Source: an uncultured Candidatus Sumerlaeota bacterium (GTDB lineage Bacteria > Sumerlaeota > Sumerlaeia > SLMS01 > CAYUNT01). From it: a stretch of 28,832 nt of DNA. The first letter of the stretch is position 1. The number at the start of each line of letters is the position of its first letter. The notes under the pieces were generated by a model. The model was given only the letters and a program-made list of their open reading frames with translations. It made no database searches and was not told where the DNA came from. A program made the position numbers and the translations under genes. The stretch is taken from the NCBI GenBank assembly GCA_964446285.1, contig CAYUNT010000034.1, positions 1-28,832 of the forward strand, written 5' to 3'. This document shows, one piece after another, positions 24,630 through 28,832 of the stretch.

Positions 24630-26798
24630 ATGATTTTGCCTCCCAAACGCCGATTCTGGATTCAGGCGCTTGCCTGGTTTGCCGCAGCCTTTGCGGTGCG
24701 GCTGGTCCACTTGGCGTTTGCAGCATCATCACCACTGTTTCGTGTTCCAACGAGCGATGAATTCGAACTGATGCGTCTGGCCCGCCACCTGGCGGGCGGC
24801 GATTGGGCGGGTCTCGATTGGGGAGCGTTTTTCCGGCCCGAACTTTTTTCTTATGTGCTGGCGATTTTGCTCAAAATCACCGGAGGCAGTCTGACGGCGA
24901 TTCATGTGATTCTCGCCGCGATGGACAGCGCCGCCGTGGCTTTGATGTGGGTGCTGGCGCGCCAGATTTTCTCTCGCCGCGCGGCGTTTTGGGGCGCTCT
25001 GGCCTGCCTGGCGTATTCCTCCGCGGTGCATTTTTCCGCTACATTCTATATGGAAAGTTTCGCGCTGCTTGTTCAGGCCGCAATGCTCCTGGCGGCAGTT
25101 CGCGCCGTGCGGCTTCTCTCGCAAAATGTCGCGGGCGGCGGCAACGGCGGCAGTATCGGCGGCGGCAATGCGCTTGTCGTTCCGCGCGAGACGGCTTGGG
25201 CCGGATTCCTTGCCGGACTGATGATCCTCACGCGGCCCACGGTTCAGATCACAGTTCCGTGGATGGCGGTGTGCCTGTTTGCGGCGGCCTGGGTTTGGCG
25301 GCGGGCTGCCCGCGGCCGCGCAAATGAACCTCCCAAGCCGGATTCTTTGGACGCGCCGGATTCCTCGCCCACGCCTGTGGATTCTCGCGATTCGCGCGGT
25401 TCCTGGCGCACCTTTCTGGCTGCGCCTTTGCTGTTTTTGGCGATGATCCCCGCCACGCTTCTTCCCAACGCGGCGCGCAATTATCTCGCCTCCGGACAAT
25501 GGATTTGGGTCGGAAGCAACGGCGCGGTGAATCTGTATTTCGGCAATAACGACCGGGGTTTATCGCCTTTCACATGCAGCCCGGGTCTGGAGTGGCGTTT
25601 GTTTGTGGATGCGCCTGCCGTGGAAGATGGCATCGGGGCGGATCGCGCGGCGCGAATGGCGTGGTGGCAAAAGCGTTTTCTCGAATATGTCCGCCGCGAT
25701 CCGCTGGGTTTCGCCGGGCAATACGCGCGCAAATGCATTCAGACACTCAATCGCGAGGCGGTCGCCATCCCATGCAATATCCGCGAGGGCGTGCGCATTT
25801 CGCCTGTTCAGCGCTTTCTGCCCGGGTTCGCGCTTTTAGGAACCATCGGCCTCGCGGGCGCCATTCTGTTTGGAGTGCGGGCGTTTTTCTTTGTGCGAAA
25901 AACGTTTTGGCGCAACGCCTCCGCAGAAAACAGATTCGCTCTTCTCCAATTTTCTCCCGATGGTTGGCGGGCAGACCGCGTGCTTGCGAGCATCATGCTG
26001 CTTGGATATGCGGTATTGTATCTTGCTGGGGTGGCGCTGGTTCACGTGACCGAACGCCACCGGATGCCCGCCGCCTGCGTATTGTTTTTATTTGGCGGCG
26101 CTTATGTTTCTGAATGGCTCATTGCCTGGCGCGCCAGGCAATGGAGTCTGGTGGCGGCGGGCGCGTTAGCGCTCGCGATTGTGGCGGCGGGAATCACTTG
26201 TCCTCCCTTTCTTGGCGCATGGCACGAACGCCAGGAAGACTTTTGGACGCGTGTCAATCTCGGGACGGCGGACTTGGGTATGGCGGGCAAAGACGCCCAG
26301 CCGGATTCGAAATGGCTCAAAGAAGCGCGCGGGAATTTTCTGGAGGCGCATCTTGCCGCCCCCAACCGCCTTGAACCTATCAACCAGCTTGCGCTTGTGG
26401 CGTCGCGCCGCGAGCGGTCTGATGAGGCATTGCGCTGGAACGCCATGCTTCTGCGGCTTTTGCGGCGCGATTATCCGCGCCATCGCGATGTGATTTCGGA
26501 TGAATTGGCGCACCGCGCGCTGATTGCGTTTCGCGCCAACCAGCCGGAAATCGCCGAACAGGCTGCGCGCGAGTTGGTCGCGCTGCTGCCTGGCGATCCG
26601 CGCGCGCATCATTATCTCGGCGTAGCGCTCATGGCGCAGGGCAAATACCAAGCCGCGCGCAGCGAATTCCAGATTGTGCTTGGCCTCGATCCCACGCAGA
26701 CCGCCGCGCGCGAAAATCTTCGCCAGATCGAAAAGGCCCTTGCCGGCGAGCCTCAAGAAAAGCCCCCGGAAAGTCCGCCCGAAAAGCCGGCAGAATAG
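24630..26798 (+). CDS. GT-C fold glycosyltransferase-like polytopic membrane protein (GT39/ArnT/PMT-like N-terminal half) with C-terminal TPR repeats
   Basis: ATG 24630 lies 1 nt after the miaB stop. An 11-or-so TM N-terminal domain has a DE motif in the first extracytoplasmic loop (PTSDEFEL) as in PMT/ArnT enzymes. C-terminal TPR-like helices (...DPRAHHYLGVALMAQGKYQAARSEFQIVLGLDP...). Confidence 0.7.
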   Translation: MILPPKRRFWIQALAWFAAAFAVRLVHLAFAASSPLFRVPTSDEFELMRLARHLAGGDWAGLDWGAFFRPELFSYVLAILLKITGGSLTAIHVILAAMDSAAVALMWVLARQIFSRRAAFWGALACLAYSSAVHFSATFYMESFALLVQAAMLLAAVRAVRLLSQNVAGGGNGGSIGGGNALVVPRETAWAGFLAGLMILTRPTVQITVPWMAVCLFAAAWVWRRAARGRANEPPKPDSLDAPDSSPTPVDSRDSRGSWRTFLAAPLLFLAMIPATLLPNAARNYLASGQWIWVGSNGAVNLYFGNNDRGLSPFTCSPGLEWRLFVDAPAVEDGIGADRAARMAWWQKRFLEYVRRDPLGFAGQYARKCIQTLNREAVAIPCNIREGVRISPVQRFLPGFALLGTIGLAGAILFGVRAFFFVRKTFWRNASAENRFALLQFSPDGWRADRVLASIMLLGYAVLYLAGVALVHVTERHRMPAACVLFLFGGAYVSEWLIAWRARQWSLVAAGALALAIVAAGITCPPFLGAWHERQEDFWTRVNLGTADLGMAGKDAQPDSKWLKEARGNFLEAHLAAPNRLEPINQLALVASRRERSDEALRWNAMLLRLLRRDYPRHRDVISDELAHRALIAFRANQPEIAEQAARELVALLPGDPRAHHYLGVALMAQGKYQAARSEFQIVLGLDPTQTAARENLRQIEKALAGEPQEKPPESPPEKPAE

Positions 26799-26826
26799 GG
26801 GCGCCCGCAACGCAGGACCGCTAGCA

Positions 26827-27120
26827 ATGCAAACTCAATGGCGCCGCATTCTCTTTTGCCTCTCGGATCCGCAGTGTGCGCAGCCAGCGGACGAGGTGCT
26901 GGAAGCTGGGGACATCGAGGTTTTAGCTGAAGAAACAGGCGAACGGTTTTCGGCGCGCGTGCGAGTGGCGCCCTTTGTGACGGGCGCGTTTGGCGAAGGA
27001 TTTCTGGCATTCTCTGACTCCGCCGCGGAAATTCGCATCCCGGCGGGCGCCCGGCTCGAAATTTGGCGCGAAGGCGTGCTCCTGGCGCGCTGCACCGTGG
27101 CGGATGCAGAGACGGAATAA
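26827..27120 (+). CDS. Hypothetical small protein (97 aa)
   Basis: ATG 26827 inside track ORF 26674..27120. It is in the same orientation as the upstream GT gene, 28 nt downstream of it. No recognisable motif. PilZ was considered and rejected. Confidence 0.35.
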   Translation: MQTQWRRILFCLSDPQCAQPADEVLEAGDIEVLAEETGERFSARVRVAPFVTGAFGEGFLAFSDSAAEIRIPAGARLEIWREGVLLARCTVADAETE

Positions 27121-27164
27121 TCCAAATTTAAAGTATTTTCCTTATCTATAATTGCCGAATGCGC

Positions 27165-28601
27165 CTAATCCTGCATGGCCTTGACGGCGCGGTCCATGAG
27201 CGCCTGCGCGTCGGCGGCAGTCGGGGCTTCGGCTGTCATGCGGATAATCGGCTCCGTGTTCGAGGGACGGATGTGGAACCAACGGTCGGCCCATATAAAC
27301 TTGATGCCATCCTGGCGATTCATCTCCGCGGCGCCGGCAAAGGCATGTCCGGCTTTGGAAAGCGCCGTTTTGAGCGGCATAGCCCCGAGAGGCTGTTTGC
27401 GGCGAATCATCACATAATTCGGAATGGTCTGGTTGAGTTCCGAGAGCGGCATTCCGGCGCGCCGCAGCGCGATCAAAATCCACGCAATGGCCGTGGCGGC
27501 GTCGCGTCCGGCATGAACCGCCGGGAAAATCACGCCGCCGTTCCCCTCGCCGCCCATTTGCGCGCCGTGTTCGTGCATTCCCGCCACGACGTTGGCTTCG
27601 CCGATCGGCGTTCGGATGATCTCGACCCCGTGGCGGCGCGCCACCTCGTCGTTGGCAAGGCTGCATGACAAATTGACCACATAAGGCGAGTTTTTCGCCG
27701 CGCCCTTCGCCATAGAGAAAAATGCGTCGGCGGCCAGCACCAGCGTTCGTTCCTCGCCAATGGGGCGGCCTTTTTCGTCAACTACACCCAGGCGGTCGGC
27801 GTCCGGGTCCATCGCGAATCCGAGATCGGCTTTATGTTTGCGCACTGCGCGGCATAGCGCGCCTAGATGCTCGGGAAGCGGTTCCGGTTCGCGCGGAAAA
27901 GGCTTTGTGGGATCATTGAAAATAGGAATCACTTCGCATCCCAGGCGGCGGAGCAATTCGGGGGCGATCACGCATCCCGCGCCATTGCAGCAATCGACCA
28001 CAACGCGGAGTTTTTTCGGAAGCGCCGCGCCGCGCCCGCTCTTTACGCCCTTCGCGCCCTTCGAGTTCTTCGCGCCGGATTTTGCGCTTCCCGCGCCCAT
28101 CGCCGCCGCGCCCAGCGTCTTCATCACCTTTTCAATATGCCATTCCAGCCACTTCGGTTCCTCGGTCACGCTGCCGATTCCATCCACGGCCGGATTGAGC
28201 CAGGCTTGGCGCTTGAAGATGTCGATCATGCGGGCATTGTCTTCGTTTGTGAAAAACTCGCCCCCGGAATGGAAAAATTTCAGCCCGTTGTATATGATAG
28301 GATTGTGGCTGGCCGTAATGCAGATGCCCCCCGCGGCTTTCAAGCGGCGGATGGAGAGTCCGACCGTCGGCGTCGGGCAAATGCCAAGATGAAACACCTG
28401 TTTTCCCGAGGCGACGAGCGCCGAGATCACCAGCGGAACGAGCCATTCGCGCGAGGGGCGCGAGTCGCTTCCTACTATAACGCGATCGCCTTTGATGGCC
28501 GCCGCGAAGGCCCGAGTGTAAGCCAGGGCGGATTCCGGAGTCAGCGAATCGCCGATAATTCCTCGAATCCCCGACACGCTGACGATCAACGGACTGCTCA
28601 T
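27165..28601 (-). CDS. Alpha-D-phosphohexomutase (phosphoglucosamine mutase / phosphomannomutase family) carrying a Gly/Ala/Lys-rich insertion
   Basis: Start ATG 28601 (SD GGAAAGGA plus a 7-nt spacer) gives MSSPLIVSVSGIRGIIG. Active-site Ser loop CITASHNP. Metal-binding FAMDPDADR. Sugar-binding GEANVVAGMHE.G...GGEGNGG. The insertion is GAAAMGAGSAKSGAKNSKGAKGVKSGRGAALPKK. Confidence 0.85.
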   Translation of the reverse strand: MSSPLIVSVSGIRGIIGDSLTPESALAYTRAFAAAIKGDRVIVGSDSRPSREWLVPLVISALVASGKQVFHLGICPTPTVGLSIRRLKAAGGICITASHNPIIYNGLKFFHSGGEFFTNEDNARMIDIFKRQAWLNPAVDGIGSVTEEPKWLEWHIEKVMKTLGAAAMGAGSAKSGAKNSKGAKGVKSGRGAALPKKLRVVVDCCNGAGCVIAPELLRRLGCEVIPIFNDPTKPFPREPEPLPEHLGALCRAVRKHKADLGFAMDPDADRLGVVDEKGRPIGEERTLVLAADAFFSMAKGAAKNSPYVVNLSCSLANDEVARRHGVEIIRTPIGEANVVAGMHEHGAQMGGEGNGGVIFPAVHAGRDAATAIAWILIALRRAGMPLSELNQTIPNYVMIRRKQPLGAMPLKTALSKAGHAFAGAAEMNRQDGIKFIWADRWFHIRPSNTEPIIRMTAEAPTAADAQALMDRAVKAMQD

Positions 28602-28721
28602 AGCAAAATCCTTTCCACATAACTTCATATTGACCGCCAGCAGGCGCGCGCGCCGCGGCGGAATGAATAATGCGATTTTGCGGCGGATTTTCCATCGCCA
28701 GAATCGCCGCACTAAAGCTGT

Positions 28722-28750
28722 ATTGAATGCCCCCTGTTTGCGCACGTCAA
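28722..28750 (-). promoter_or_regulatory. Candidate sigma70-type promoter for the phosphohexomutase gene: TTGACG, 17-nt spacer, TTCAAT on the minus strand
   Basis: Reverse complement of 28722-28750. Only a hexamer-level match. Confidence 0.2.
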
Positions 28751-28832
28751 CCGGACAGTGCATTATCGCTTCTGGTCCCCTAATCCGTCACCCCCCTGGC
28801 GTGGTGTGTTTTGCGGGGGTTGTGTTGCACGG

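Noticed and set aside
26827-27120. PilZ c-di-GMP receptor assignment for the small ORF
   Set aside because: Lacks the RxxxR and (D/N)xSxxG motifs. Only a superficial resemblance.
1-28832. rRNA, tRNA, tmRNA or RNase P genes
   Set aside because: All sizeable gaps were inspected on both strands. None shows the conserved T-loop or acceptor patterns, or the length required.

Overview
GC-rich bacterial chromosomal segment with about 24 supportable protein-coding genes, so the provided track contains many long antisense ORFs that I treat as GC artefacts. Genes on the minus strand from the left edge: partial L-serine dehydratase (sdaA, missed by the ORF track because it runs off the edge), a bitopic membrane protein, a MauE/DoxX-like CGCFG membrane protein, and a 1291-aa TM/HAMP/GAF/PAS/GGDEF/EAL c-di-GMP sensor. 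On the plus strand: prfB with its classic programmed +1 frameshift site, an SSS-family Na+/solute symporter, a compact lower-GC restriction-modification-like island (vsr nicking endonuclease, C5 cytosine methyltransferase, winged-helix+HNH nuclease), and a secreted HEAT-repeat protein. Then, on the minus strand: a secreted PEBP/YbhB protein, a 1633-aa FG-GAP/VCBS/cadherin-like surface protein with a C-terminal 6-blade propeller, an NDP-sugar pyrophosphorylase + SDR epimerase/dehydratase pair, and a family-1 encapsulin operon (EncFtn ferritin cargo with C-terminal targeting peptide + shell protein). On the plus strand: miaB translationally coupled to a GT-C (GT39/ArnT-like) glycosyltransferase-TPR membrane protein, and a small unknown ORF. 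Finally, on the minus strand, a phosphohexomutase with a Gly/Ala/Lys-rich insertion. No rRNA, tRNA, CRISPR array, transposase or integrase was recognised. Structure not explained by genes: two related purine-rich (GAGTTGY)n intergenic elements placed immediately downstream of minus-strand operons (candidate Rho-utilisation sites); a degenerate 15-nt tandem repeat that may encode a small (RSEGx)n charged protein; and a perfect 18-nt tandem duplication inside a Ser/Ala linker.
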